Assembly: GCA_030141605.1 (NCBI GenBank)
Contig: JAQGDQ010000022.1
Location: 248,001-312,000, forward strand
DNA length: 64,000 nucleotides
Direction of reading: 5' to 3'
DNA from: Tubiluchus corallicola
Lineage: Eukaryota; Animalia; Priapulida
Part shown: one piece after another, positions 1 through 12,497 of the stretch
Position numbering within the stretch: the first letter of the stretch is position 1
Layout: the number at the start of each line of letters is the position of its first letter
Notes under the pieces: generated by a model
Seen by the model: only the letters and a program-made list of their open reading frames with translations
Told to the model about the DNA's origin: nothing
The model's database searches: none
Position numbers and translations under genes: made by a program

Positions 1-95
1 CAAATGTTTTAAGTAGTTAAAAGTAATTAAGCTATTGTTATAAGAAACAAAAAATAATTGCAAACACTAGAACTTGTTAAAGTGTGCAAATTTAG

Positions 96-209
<114 letters not shown>

Positions 210-872
210 TAAATGTTTGTCTACAAAAAATTATGAATAATTAGATACGCAGTATTATAATTTATTTTGTGTATTTCTGTATTGTTTTGTATATATAGAA
301 TTGCATCAAAATCAACTACCAAATGAAGAATTAAAGACTGCGAAATTTACAAGCAAAATGCATAAAACGCAATTGTACATGTAATTCTATTGGCACTTCT
401 AGGCTTTTAAACACTCGTTAGAAAGCAATTTCTCAATTACGTCTATTACTATTATTATTATTATTGTTTACTTTCAGTATTATTTTCTTTATTCATTATT
501 ATATTTACTATTTATTAAGTACAAAAATATATACATTTATGCATTAGTAAAAAGAAAACAGTAAAATTAAAAAAACATGTTCAGTAAGAACAGTTTTTGT
601 CTACGGCTGTGTGCCATGGATGACAGTTAGGAACTAAATCCCCAAACAGATCACTGCCGGTCATCCAATTCGTCACGCAGGCCAGGCCTGAAAGTGCATC
701 ACTGCTAAGCACCCACTCATTTATTTCCCTTATTTTTGTGAGAATACGGATGCAACCAAGGCTGTAATGTTGTCGGAATTACACCAGTCCAATATCGTGT
801 CTAGATATATTCATTACGCTGAAATTGACAGCAAATTGTAATGTTAACTCGCCTGCAACCTTACATTTACAG

Positions 873-1037
873 GCAATGATAAATTAAGTCAACTCACTTT
901 AGACAAGTCACAACAGCTGCGTATAGACATGGAAAGTTTTGCTGGAGAAAGAAGATACGCAGCCTATGATGTTTTCTCTGTCGGATCTGAACAGACGAAC
1001 TATAGACTGACCGTCGACATTTATCATGGCGATTCTG
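873..1037 (+). CDS. FReD gene A, penultimate exon (fibrinogen C-terminal domain, middle part); 5' exons lie upstream of the window
   Basis: tttacAG acceptor at 871-872, GTAGGT donor at 1038; 165 bp, phase 1-1; translates (G)NDKLSQLTLDKSQQLRIDMESFAGERRYAAYDVFSVGSEQTNYRLTVDIYHGDS(G), a typical FReD segment. Not in the ORF track. Confidence 0.93.
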
Positions 1038-1071
1038 GTAGGTACAAAAATATAAATACGAGATGAATAGA

Positions 1072-1165
1072 CCAGTGGTCACGGCGTGTGCTTCACACAA
1101 CTTAGCACTGATGCTGGTCAATGAATGGTTTGTGACCGTCTGGGTTCAATATTAGCGCTGAGCGG
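1072..1165 (+). mobile_element. Decayed 5S rRNA-derived SINE-like element with tRNA-like boxes
   Basis: cagtggtcacggcg (A-box-like), then cttagca..gctggtcaatgaatgg..gtgaccgtctggg (resembles the 3' half of 5S rRNA), then gggttcaat (B-box-like). Confidence 0.45.
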
Positions 1166-1780
1166 CTTTATTTGCCATACTGATCCTAGTTGTTGATCTC
1201 CGCCAAGAACCTGCCAGTTCAGTGCTCTCATCTTAGAGGCAATTGATAGTGAGCCAAGCCGAGCCACAAACATCCCCTCTGCCGTTGTTGAACACTGGAT
1301 TCCGCTTTTTAAGGTGCAGAAGACTTCATAGAAGTACTGACCCAGCGTTACAGTTTTAAATCATTTTTGTGGAAACGTTCGATTCTGAAGAGGATGCATT
1401 CATCATGCTAGTAGCTAAAGACCTCGAAAAATGTAATATTTGTCGGGGACGAATAATATCCGCCCTCTTTAGTTGTCAACGGCCCTCCCCATCTAGTTTT
1501 ATTGAGGTACCTATTTCATTAAAAAATCAATTCACTATTAAACCCATTCACTCACAAATTGATCCATGCATGTGGGTGCCGGTTAATACAGATCTAAAAA
1601 AATTATTTTTTCGCTGTGATCAGTAACTGAACCGATTAGGAAAAACCCAATTAGTTGCTCTGTGTATGGCGCTTACAGAAAATCTGGTCTCCAGTCAATA
1701 TTAATTTCGTTATTACGTGTAGAAAAATGGAATTGAACGGTAGCAAAGTTTCTTATTGCCGTTGTGTTATTTTTGTTTAG

Positions 1781-2034
1781 GTGATAGCATGAACACACAC
1801 AACGGAAAGAGCTTTAGTACCTCAGAACGGGATAACGATAATCACTCCTCAAACTGTGCCGCCACCTACAAAGGAGGCTGGTGGTATAATGGGTGCCATC
1901 ACGCAAATCTGAATGGCATTTATGGGCAAAATGATTCAAAAGGAAACGTGTGGTATCAGTGGCTGGGGCATAAAGTGGCCATGAAAATGTCCGAGATGAA
2001 AGTCCGACCGACGGATTTTGGTGTTCATGAATAG
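1781..2034 (+). CDS. FReD gene A, last exon (P subdomain; ficolin/tenascin/techylectin-like)
   Basis: tttgtttAG acceptor at 1779-1780; GDSMNTHNGKSFSTSERDND..NCAATYKGGWWYNGCHHANLNG..W..W.G...EMKVRP motifs, TAG stop at 2032-2034. Confidence 0.95.
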
Positions 2035-3391
2035 AAGAAAGGGAATATGTTTAGCGATTTAAAAACTTTATATTAACTTAGTCTAAGATAAGCGTTCAAT
2101 TCATGTTATTTACGCAAGACTCATTTAACGCATTGAAAAATTTGCGTTTATGTAATAGGTAGTGTATTATAGGCTACGTAGTGCAAGGAATGTTTAACCT
2201 AAACGACCGATAGTGGTGATATATAATAATCCTGTTTTTATCGTCTCATTCTAAATCCTCAAGTCTACATATATGTCACAGAAGTCAGTATTTTATTATT
2301 ATTACACGTATTTCTCGTACACTGATGTAACCATATACTGATGAGTCTTAAGCTATTGTCAACTCTTTTCAAAACCTCTCGACTGTATTCCTTTAACCCA
2401 GCGAAGAGTCGTAGGCATAACTGTTTTTAGACGTTTACCAGTACATTTATCTGCAGTGGCATATATTGCGGAATGCTACATAGCCAAGCTTGAGCTCAGA
2501 AGAATTACTAATAGCATGATAACCTCTGAACCAGTTAAGCTGGTGAATAGGTAGTGGATTCTCAGTTCCTCAGAAACGAACAAACATTAAACGTTTACGT
2601 TGAGCTGTAATAAAACCTTATAAACCCTTGCTGACAAGCCTAGATGCTATAAAATAAAATTTAAAAACAATTATGCGACTATAGGCCTAAGACCGTTACC
2701 TGTGAACAGTTGCAATATGAAAAATTAATCCATACTGAAGTTGAAATTTTGAACGACGGACGGAGTGCTGTTATAGATGTGCAAATCGAAAGCCAGATGG
2801 GGGGAGTGCTGAGAAAGGAGAGTTGTCATTTAAATTCGTAATAACTGTGGGCTAACTGCAGCAATCCCCAGCCCCACAGCCCCTATTACAAATATTATGC
2901 GGTTAAGTTGACTTCTAGACAATTTTATGTAACAATTAATTCTCTGGTAGCCATTTGTGAAACCAATAATTTGTAACTATAGAGTTATATTCTTCCATGT
3001 GCAACTTGAGTCAGCCGTGGCAGCACATTTTCGTTCCACATGAAATCCCACTCGCGATGCCTCGCATCCACCATGCATCAATATGAAGCCTGTATCAACA
3101 CTGTTCACTATAAACCATTCTCCTAACTCCCGACTTCCATTAATTCCACAAAAAACCCCACCAGATCTGGGAAGGACGTCCAATCAAATTCGCAGCACCG
3201 GCATTGCAACCAATGAGAATCAGAAAACGTATTTCATCACCGTAATGACCTTCATTGTTGTGAGTCAAGGTTAAATCGCGAAAATCGGCCATTTTTTCAA
3301 AAGTTCCACAACGTTGTGATTTGTTTCACGCGATTCAACTCTTTTTGTGTGTGAAGTTAGGAGTTTATTTTCTGAAATTCGGCTGTCGACT

Positions 3392-3433
3392 ATGAAGCAT
3401 CATCTAACATGGGTCGTAGTGCTCTTCGTCTTG
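3392..3433 (+). CDS. FReD gene B exon 1 (signal peptide start)
   Basis: actATG start, MKHHLTWVVVLFVL, perfect GTAAGT donor at 3434, phase 0; joins VLAVG-NP to complete a signal peptide. Confidence 0.8.
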
Positions 3434-4224
3434 GTAAGTATATTGTGTACACCCGAATGCCTAGTATTAATAACATTGAACTTTCCTACTTACTTTAGTT
3501 GAAAAAATAATTGTTTGTGGTCAGATGTTTTTACCATTAACCATTTGCCGTCTACACAGCCAGAGTGTTAATCTTTTGAACCTTCGGCCGATCGTTATTT
3601 CGCCATAAACGTCAACTTGGAAATCAGAGTATAAAAGAAAACACCGTTGCTGCTGTGTGCAAATCTAACTCTAAACTACACTATACGTAAATAAAGAACT
3701 ACTTTATAATTTATAGAAACGATCCTCAGTTTTCCGACATCATCGTGACCATATAGATATTATTATTATTGATTTTACAAATGTAGACAAATTTAGTTTT
3801 TATTGATAAAAGCTTGGACTAGTATTAGACGCAACTAAGTTTTCTCCGCCATGTTTTCCATGATTTGCATGCAGTCGCTTCGGTGCACACAGGCCGCCAA
3901 GCTTCTCATCCACAGGGACGGAGTCTCACATTTACAATTTAGGCTTACAATCGTGTATTCTTGCAAGGAAGTCAGTCAGTGTTGTTTGTGTTCAAAATAC
4001 AAAATTACATTTTATTTCTAATATTTCTGTTGCTAATAGTCTGATAAAAATCGTAAAACAAAGCATAAATAAGCGAAAACAAGTCGTGTTTTGGAAAAAA
4101 AACAGTAAACATAATTAATATGAAATTCTAACTATATAAATTGATCGATATTATTTGTAATCCCAATATCGTAAAGCCTAAGGAAAAAGATTAAACAAAA
4201 CTGAACGAATTCTTACGAAACCTT

Positions 4225-4297
4225 CTAGAGCGTTAAAGCTGGAGTGAACCCAATGTTTTTAACCCAAAAGTCCTTGGTTCAAATCCAGACACAGTCA
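4225..4297 (+). pseudogene. tRNA-derived fragment (SINE head or tRNA pseudogene)
   Basis: ttttaacccaaaagtccttGGTTCAAATCCag contains a B-box/T-arm; no intact acceptor stem or D-arm. Confidence 0.3.
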
Positions 4298-4425
4298 CGA
4301 TTTTTATATTTCCTTCACATCGATGGAGTTTGATTTCAAATGTTCAATATAATATTATTCTATCATTAACCAAAAATGTTAAAATTAGGATTATGAACAA
4401 TTACTTTGTAAGCGCAGCTTAGCGC

Positions 4426-5696
4426 ACTAAGTTAGTGTAGTCCATCATTATGAAGGAAAATTACTTATCGAGCTTTCAAAATTTAATGGAAAACTATGAA
4501 AAAACGTTTGGTCCCAAGGACTCCCAACACATCACTGATTGCAACACAACAGTAGAGCTCCAAGTCTCAGCTTGTCTGTTCACGATTTCACAAGCGATTT
4601 AAACGATTAGATAGGTAGGTAGCTAGGTAGCTAGGTAGGTAGGTAGGTAGATAGATAAATAGATATTTTATTTCTGAAAATAAAATTTCTTACACGAAAA
4701 TTACAAAACCAACTTATACCCGATGGTTTTATCAGCGGACAGAGCTCGGGGAATAATTTTCAGGTTATACTAACCATTTGACCGAACATAGCTGTACAAG
4801 GTATACATAGTTATATAAATTTAGTTTTAACATCTATGAAGCGAAAAAAGCTATTAACTAAACATTGTTAATTAATTGTGCCAGTTAATATTTAGAGCAC
4901 TGTGAAATGTCTTTTCAGAATATATAAATATTTTTAATTTTTTTTGCATTGATAATTATTTTCAACATGTAAAATATTTTTAACCAGCGAGTAAATATTT
5001 TTCAACATGTAAAATATTTTGCAGCAACCTGGCGAAGTAAAATCCAAGGACTAAGTTAGTGTAGTCCATCATTATGAAGGAAAATTTTACTTATCGAGCT
5101 TTCAAAATTTAATGGAAAACTATAAACAACGTTTGGTTCCAAGGACTCCCAACACATCACTGATTGCAACACAACAGTAGAGCTCCAAGTCTCAGCTGGT
5201 CTGTTCACGATTTCACAAGCGGTTTAAACGATTAGATAGGTAGGTAGGTAGGTAGGTAGGTAGGTAGGTAGGCAGGCAGGTAGGTAGGTAGGTAGATAGA
5301 TAGTTAGATAGATATTTTATTTCTGAAAATAAAATTTCTTACACGAAAATTACAAAACCAACTTATACCCAATGGTTTTATCAGCGGGCAGAGCTCGGGT
5401 AATGATTTTCAGATTATACTAACCATTTGACCGAACATAGCTGCACAAGGTATATACGCAGTTATACAAATTTAGTTTTAACATCTACGAAGCGAAAGAA
5501 GCTATTAACTAAACATTGTTAATTAATTGTGCCGTTAATATTTACAGAACTGTGAAATTTGTGTTCAGAATATATAAATATTTTTAATTTTTTTGTATTG
5601 ATAATTATTTTCAACATGTAAAATATTTTTAACCAGCGAGTAAATATTTTTCAACATGTAAAATATTTTGCAGCAACCTGGCAAAGTAAAATCCAA
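4426..5696. repeat. Head-to-tail tandem duplication (about 620/650 bp units) in intron 1 of FReD gene B
   Basis: Copy 1 4426-5047 and copy 2 5050-5696 both begin actaagttagtgtagtccatcattatgaagg and end aagtaaaatccaa; near-identical, with a different (AGGT)n length inside. Confidence 0.97.
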
Positions 5697-5932
5697 ATAA
5701 ATTATAATTCATAGTAATCCCATAAACTGGATTATCCTATGTATGAATCTAAATTTTATTCTATTCCTTCTTGACCTAAAATATGGGCATTTCTGCCGGT
5801 TTTTAGAAACTGAAAATACATCCTTTTTGTGCTCAGATTGCGATATCAAATGCCTGAATATTTACTGCAGTAAAACTAACAAATACACTACCCGGGGTAA
5901 GTTATCCAACTGTTTTTAACGTGGTTTTTCAG

Positions 5933-6241
5933 GTTCTGGCCGTTGGGAATCCAGTACCGGAAACATCTAAAACAGAAGAACCCGAGTATGTTTTTGAGTG
6001 GCCTGACGGCGCAGGCCCTGAGTCAGCGTCAGAATCGGAATCAACTGCAACGGAAGAGCCTGAGTATGTTTTTGGATTGCCGGAAGTAGCAGGTACTGGG
6101 CCTGCTGACGTATTAGACTTTACGGAAAGTAAAGAAGCTCAAGAAACTGGGATTCAGATACCGCTTACAATGGATAACAACTCGTACATAGAAACATCGA
6201 TTGGTGACCTGTTAACAGAACTAATTTCTGGTGGTGGTGAA
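5933..6241 (+). CDS. FReD gene B exon 2 (signal peptide end + acidic repeat region)
   Basis: tttttcAG acceptor, GTAAGT donor at 6242, 309 bp phase 0-0, open frame with a duplicated TEEPEYVF..P..AG motif. Confidence 0.82.
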
Positions 6242-7309
6242 GTAAGTTTGACGAAAAAGCAAGACCATGTGAGCCAATCGAAGGCTTATTGCTTAAAATG
6301 AAATAAAATTTGTTTTTATTGAAATGACTGTATATTGGTATCTATTTTTTCAAGTTACACCAGGATGGTAGCGCTTTACCGGGGTATACAGAAGCCAAGA
6401 TCATGTTATCATCAAAAAGATTCCAAAAGTCGCTACTATCGAAACCACGATTTTTTCAAATTATTTTGGACCCTCTCCGGCCAACATTTCAGGCAAATGG
6501 TTGAAGACTTTCAGGCGCAAAAACTCTCCAGAAACGTATATTTTCTGTAGCCATCATTTCCTTTTTTTGCGTTTGTTGAGCATCTACAATTTGTTTACTA
6601 AATCTAGTTTATTTTTGAATTTTTTAAGTGCCGAAAAAGGCGCAAATTTAAGGCAATCTTTAAAAAGTTTGTCCAGCTAGAAGTAAGAAAAGACTTAGTT
6701 TTTAAACCACATCAGTTGTGAGTTTAATTATGCGTGCAACTTTTCGCTCCGGAGTTTTTGTGTTGTGAGAAACTACTTGTTACATTAGTGAATCTGTAAC
6801 TTGGTTAGAGTTCGCTGTTTGCTGACACAACGTTTACAAAACTTAAACTTTATCTGTAAATTGAAACTCTTATTGCTAGGCCCCAGCCTGCAATGCTGCT
6901 GTTACATTCCTTCTTTCTCCTCCCAAATTTAGTCATTAAAGAACTCTTGTTTTTATCCACAAATTATATTGATGCACTATAAGGCCTAATTTAATAACAT
7001 AATATGATTTATACGGCTGATGAACTTGCCTGACCTGGTTTCCAAAAAATTCTTATTGGGATAGGCTATACACGCTTTCTAATAAGGTTGTAAATGAAAC
7101 TGTAAAAGAATGAAGCAAAAAAATTCATAGATTATTTAGCTCGCCCATCATTTTCCTTGGCCGGCATTTCATCCCCTGTTTCTCTTTTTGAAAGTTTTAC
7201 TGCAGTCAGTAACCCAGTTGCAAATGTAATTATTATAGAAACTGCATTATTACTGGTTACATAATACTTAATATATTATATTGCATTGTTATTACAATTG
7301 TTGTTTCAG

Positions 7310-7372
7310 TCAGAAGAGTCAAGTATTATTGCTAACATCGCACGTCTGTTGGGACTACCATACACGAAGAAA
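7310..7372 (+). CDS. FReD gene B exon 3
   Basis: ttgtttcAG acceptor, GTAAGC donor, 63 bp phase 0-0, SEESSIIANIARLLGLPYTKK. Confidence 0.7.
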
Positions 7373-7569
7373 GTAAGCATTCGATTCCAATAAGTGTTAA
7401 CTTTTAATTAAATTTAATGTAACGAAAGTGAAGTTATGGCTGCAATTAAATTGAACTAGTTTGAACTAAATTGTACATTTCACTGTAAAAATAAAAATGC
7501 TAGAAATTTATATACGTGTGCGAGGTGGTGAGAACATCTCGATTTGCACAGTTGTTTATTTTGTTACAG

Positions 7570-7647
7570 GATTCGAAACAAATTACAACTGTTAATCGAA
7601 AAACTGGTACAATACCAGACATGCCACCAGTTATAATAACACCAAAG
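7570..7647 (+). CDS. FReD gene B exon 4
   Basis: ttgttacAG acceptor, AG|GTAATT donor, 78 bp phase 0-0, DSKQITTVNRKTGTIPDMPPVIITPK. Confidence 0.72.
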
Positions 7648-8260
7648 GTAATTTGTTTCAATACTCCATAACTTTTGATCATTGGAAAGGTGACATCACT
7701 TGGCCGAGTTCGGCGCTTCTTGAAACTAACTTTAAATGTATATAGTAGGCATTTAGTAAGTGTGTACTGGAATTAATGTTAGACTAGCTGGAGTTGTAGT
7801 TGAATGTTGTAATCGCCACAAGCAAGGCCATTCAAAAGTAAGGGCTGGAGTAAAAAGATGAAAGTACGAATACATGTATTGACAAAAATAATTCACTTTC
7901 ACTAATTTTGCTAGTAGTGAAACTATCTCTTAATGCTCTTCCTGAATCGAGTTAAGTTGTAATTTTCATAGAAAAATTTCTGGTAGATAATGTTACAAAT
8001 GGTAAAAAGCTCGAGAAAAAACTGGATTTATGAGTAAATGTCCTGCAGCTAGGAAGAGTCAGGGTAAGTGAGAAAAGCAGGGGGACAACGTGCAGTGTGA
8101 CGAGAAATTGTGAGAACAGTCTACAGAATAATAGAAGTTGTCAGTGTAGCAGAGCTTAATCCTACCAGAGCTAGCCAGCGAGTGTATTTTGCCAGTTTCC
8201 CGTTACGTTTTTTTACTGTATTTCAGTTTTTGTAATACTAGTTCTGTTTACTTGTTGCAG

Positions 8261-8393
8261 GACAAAGATTCACAGTCAACTGGAGATACCGACATACAGA
8301 CAGCTGGATACGGGAATGCACAAGATGTGACGGAATTGGCAAAAGCTGCACTACAGTTGCTACCTCTTGTGAAACAAAGCTTGATTCCACCAA
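8261..8393 (+). CDS. FReD gene B exon 5
   Basis: ttgttgcAG acceptor, GTATGA donor, phase 0-1 matching the next exon; DKDSQSTGDTDIQ...AALQLLPLVKQSLIPP. Confidence 0.78.
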
Positions 8394-9374
8394 GTATGAA
8401 ATACCTTTTAATATAGACCTTAGAACTGGGCAGATAATTGTGTTACAGTCAACATAACACCAAAACTTAATTATGAAGAATTAAACAACACAGAAATATC
8501 GATATTTATCAGTTGTCCAGCATTCATTCATTCATTCAAGCAAACTTCATTGCACTCGTCATTTCAGATACAGATTTACTTGAAAAAATCAACTGTAATC
8601 AAAATCATACATTTTTAACACAGTAGCATTTCAAGTAAATAACAACGCGAATATATATAAAAAGAAATATAGAACACTAGACGCAATAATCATTGTCACA
8701 GTTAACTATGCTTTTCTAGAATTAAAACTTTGATACCACATACTAAAAATGTTAAATGTTATCATTTATTGACGTTCAATAAATCTAATTAAAAATTACG
8801 TGTACGTGGCTGCAGTAATAAAAAAGAGTGAAAGCTATTTTAGAATGGAGTGAATTAAGTAGTGAACTACCTCAAAGTACAATTCTTGGTCCACGATTAT
8901 GCATAATTTATGTAAATTCTCGTATATTTTTATCTTATGCGTAGTTGTACAAACGGGTAAATATGTATACATATTCGTGTTTTGTGTTTAAATAATTGCA
9001 CTAACATTCTCTTACCTGAACAGCTAATTTGTGTGCAATATACTGGTTTTATAACGTGCATCAAGCCACCAACACTCTAACAGCACATGGCTTTCAAAAG
9101 TTTTAATGGTCGTGTATTTTTATTTCTGTGCCCCATCCCCCATTATTCAGTTGGTGTATAATAATTCATTAACGAGTTATAATAGTAATGGTGAAATCGG
9201 GATGGACTGGTTGACATATCAATTGTTAGATTGATTAACTGACACAACTGAGTGTTGTTACTCGAGTGTATTTTTAATGGCGTAATCTATAGCATGAATA
9301 TTGAATAAAACATGTCTTTGATAATGTGCATATTGAGTTATGTCCAACACTTATTGAAATTTATCTTTCTATAG

Positions 9375-9508
9375 AGCTCCCGAATGACTGCGCAGCATTG
9401 AAAGGGGAAGGTGTAAATAAAAGTGGACAATACACCATTAAACCACAATCGGCAGCCGAGCCGTTTGACGTCTACTGCGATATGGAAACCGATGGGGGAG
9501 GCTGGACG
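9375..9508 (+). CDS. FReD gene B exon 6 (start of fibrinogen domain)
   Basis: LPNDCAAL...SGQYTIKP...PFDVYCDMETDGGGWT, the canonical FReD N-terminal motif; GTATGT donor at 9509. Confidence 0.95.
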
Positions 9509-9606
9509 GTATGTATCATTACTCTGTAAATGTGAGTGTACGAGTCTTGATGCGATTTTCCGCTTCGTTTCGTACTGCATCGAGTTGATTTCGTAATTGT
9601 AACAAA

Positions 9607-9690
9607 AGCTAAGTGGTTAGGGCTTGTACTTAGTGATAATTAAATAATGCTGCACCTGACCAATTAATGGATCTGGTGAGTGTCCTGAGC
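9607..9690 (+). mobile_element. Highly decayed SINE-like copy (A-box-like head)
   Basis: agctaagtggttagggc head followed by weak similarity to the 5S-like body (aattaaataatgc..cctgaccaattaatggatctggtga). Confidence 0.3.
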
Positions 9691-10123
9691 ATTTATTTCG
9701 TAGGTGAAAGTACTAGGTCATCTGCTGATTTAGTGGCTCGCCTTAGAGTATTATCCTTGGCAAAGAGAATGGATATAATAAACCTGTCCCGCCGTACCAC
9801 TGGCAGTAGGTTTTTAGAGTGCTGACTGTACATGTATCGTGAATCTGTCTTGCCAACTTCTAACTTATTATTAGAATGTTTTACCCCATATATTACAATG
9901 TATATATGTTTTCTGTACGCAACATTTCAAAACAGAAATGTTTAAGGTCCCGTTTGTATAAACCAAATACCTATTTAAGAATGTTTCATTGTGGATGCCT
10001 CGGTTAGTTTCAAGAAACGGTAGTGTTCGCTACACGCCACTTTATGAATTATTTAAGTTCAACTAATGTTTATTGTCTAAGATTCTATCAGACGTTCACC
10101 AGAACGTGTTTTTATTTCATAAG

Positions 10124-10220
10124 GTTATACAGCGAAGACTTGACGGTTCTGAACGTTTCCATCGTGGCTGGACGTCTTATAAGGTCGGTTTTGGTACCCT
10201 TTGCGAGGAGTTCTGGCTAG
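10124..10220 (+). CDS. FReD gene B exon 7
   Basis: [33 protein letters not shown] canonical motif; AG|GTGAGC donor. Confidence 0.95.
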
Positions 10221-11012
10221 GTGAGCAGTTATTATTTATCCGGAAATTACAATAATATTTATTTTAACCGTCGATTTCATTATTGATTTACTTTGCACTG
10301 CCTAGTCTTGCGATACAAAAGTTTGGTGTTAACGTTTAAAATGTTAGTCGTGCCATACTGTGAGTCCTAATGGTTAAATCATTTAATTTGCATTACAGTT
10401 TTGTATCAACAAAAAGATTTTTGTGTGTATGATACGTTTTTCTTGAGCTTAAGACAAAAGGTGAAATGCTGTTTCAAAAACTAATTTTCTCTTGGACTAG
10501 TTAATTTGACATGTGTTGGAAATTTTGTGACTGGCATGATAAAAAATTTATATAGTACCACGCTTATAGACACATTACATGTAACGTACATTTTACTGCC
10601 AGTAACGAGTACAAATCTTCGTTGATATAATTACGTATGAAACCTTCAATTACATATTATTATGTAAAGTCCAAAAAAGGATGTTAGCTTTACAAGTTAG
10701 TAAGTATACTAGTTTGTTCACTCTAATATGATTTCTACCCTGAATGCTTGAGCTGTATCATTTAATGCACTGTGATATTCTTAAAATATGACTAGTTTCT
10801 CACACTGTTGATAAATTTCACAGACTTTTCTGACTAAAAAATGAGCACTTTTGTAAATGTGAGTTAGGTCTAATTTACTCTTAATTTATTAGTATATGTA
10901 TGACTTGGAGATAATTTAACTTCAGGTAAGTCTAAGATGGCCATTTTACAACACCTTTAGCTTGCTTTTACCGTAGAGCTGCAAAATAATTCAGCGTCAA
11001 TTTCATATGCAG

Positions 11013-11177
11013 GAAATGATAAAATCAGCCTCCTTACCCAGGCCAGACAGCAGTCTCTGCGCGTAGACATGCGAACTACAGAGGGTGAGACTATATACGC
11101 AGCGTACGACATCTTCAATGTTGGATCAGAACAAGCAAACTACAGGCTAACCGTAGATGTTTATGCTGGTACCGCAG
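11013..11177 (+). CDS. FReD gene B exon 8
   Basis: 165 bp phase 1-1, (G)NDKISLLTQARQQSLRVDMRTTEGETIYAAYDIFNVGSEQANYRLTVDVYAGTA(G); same size and phase as gene A exon 873-1037. Confidence 0.95.
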
Positions 11178-12497
11178 GTACGCGCTAGAAGCACATTATA
11201 CATGTGCATTATTCGTAATGCCAAGAGCAAAAATTAGTTACGTTTCTGCATGCCTTAGCAGCAGCCCCCTCCCCCCCCCCTCCCCCCAACGTGTGAGACA
11301 TGAGTTAAAACAGCATGTAGCTACTGTTCTATCAGGTCGCCCTGACAGATTTACATTAATTTTCTTTCTTTTTCGATACAGCATAATAACACTATAACAA
11401 TTTTCACAGCTTTTCTTGCCAATAAGGTTATCTCGTCAAGTGTCAAACTTCAATCAATGCAATATTAAGACTAAGTGAATAAAAACCAAAACCTTTTTAA
11501 TACATGGCAGAATTTTGTATCTTTGATTGGCTTTTGCGTTATAGGCAGGGATGTGTCTTTCTGTTAAACAATCGGCAAGCAAATTTGCATATCGGAACGA
11601 ATCTGAACACAAGTTTCCGTATTGGCACATTTCTGATGGTAGCCCTGTGTTATGTTTGCGATACATTATGTGTGTGACAAAATAACTACTCTTAGATGAG
11701 TTGGACGTAAAACCACTAGTGTACACTATACTACTTTTGCAACTATGCTCCTACTTGACGAGACAAACACAAAGCTACAGATCCGTGCTGCTTATCCCAA
11801 GAGATAACAAGAACTGAACATTACAGCAATGCAGCTGCACTTAAAAAATGTGCCTAGGGACAGTGTTACTTCTCAATGCTGAAAGAGGGTCAAAACTCGA
11901 CCCACGCCCATGTTACGCCTTAAAACTGGAGATCCACGTTTTCATGGACCAGAAGCGGTATTCAGTTTATGCTGCTGCTTAAAGCTGTTTGCAGAATTCG
12001 CACATTTTGCACATTACTGTAGCACGAAAATTTTGTCTTTGAATCCCATGAAACACGATAAAACTTTTAAAATGGCTAAAAGCACTACACTTTTGAAAAA
12101 AATGGCAGGTTCTTCAAAAATTGCTTCAGACCTAAGTGATCCACCAATTGACTTAATTTCAGATCTGTCGTTTCTCGTTTTCTAAACCAACCCGTTCTTG
12201 GCGCAGTTGCGCCGAAACTCCGAAACGTAATTCATACAAATTAGTCTGAACAAGTAAAGACGAGAAGCTACAATAAGAAAACGAAAATGTAAAAACATGT
12301 TCAAAAAATAGCATATGCAAGGTGTCTGATGATGCTTTTCTTGAAGCAGATAAGGTTATAGTTGTAGTTTACAGGGAAACAATTGCTAATATAGAAGCCC
12401 TCAGACGAAAGACTCTAGCAAATATTTACGTGCAGGTGATAATAGACGACCACACACTGTTTAAGGTAAGTGTGTACAAAGATTTCCGCTGTTGCAG

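Noticed and set aside
3041-3267. kB-like word (3041-3049), TATAAA (3109) and AP-1 TGAGTCA (3261-3267) upstream of FReD gene B
   Set aside because: Short motifs expected by chance; the transcription start is unknown, so no promoter call is supportable.
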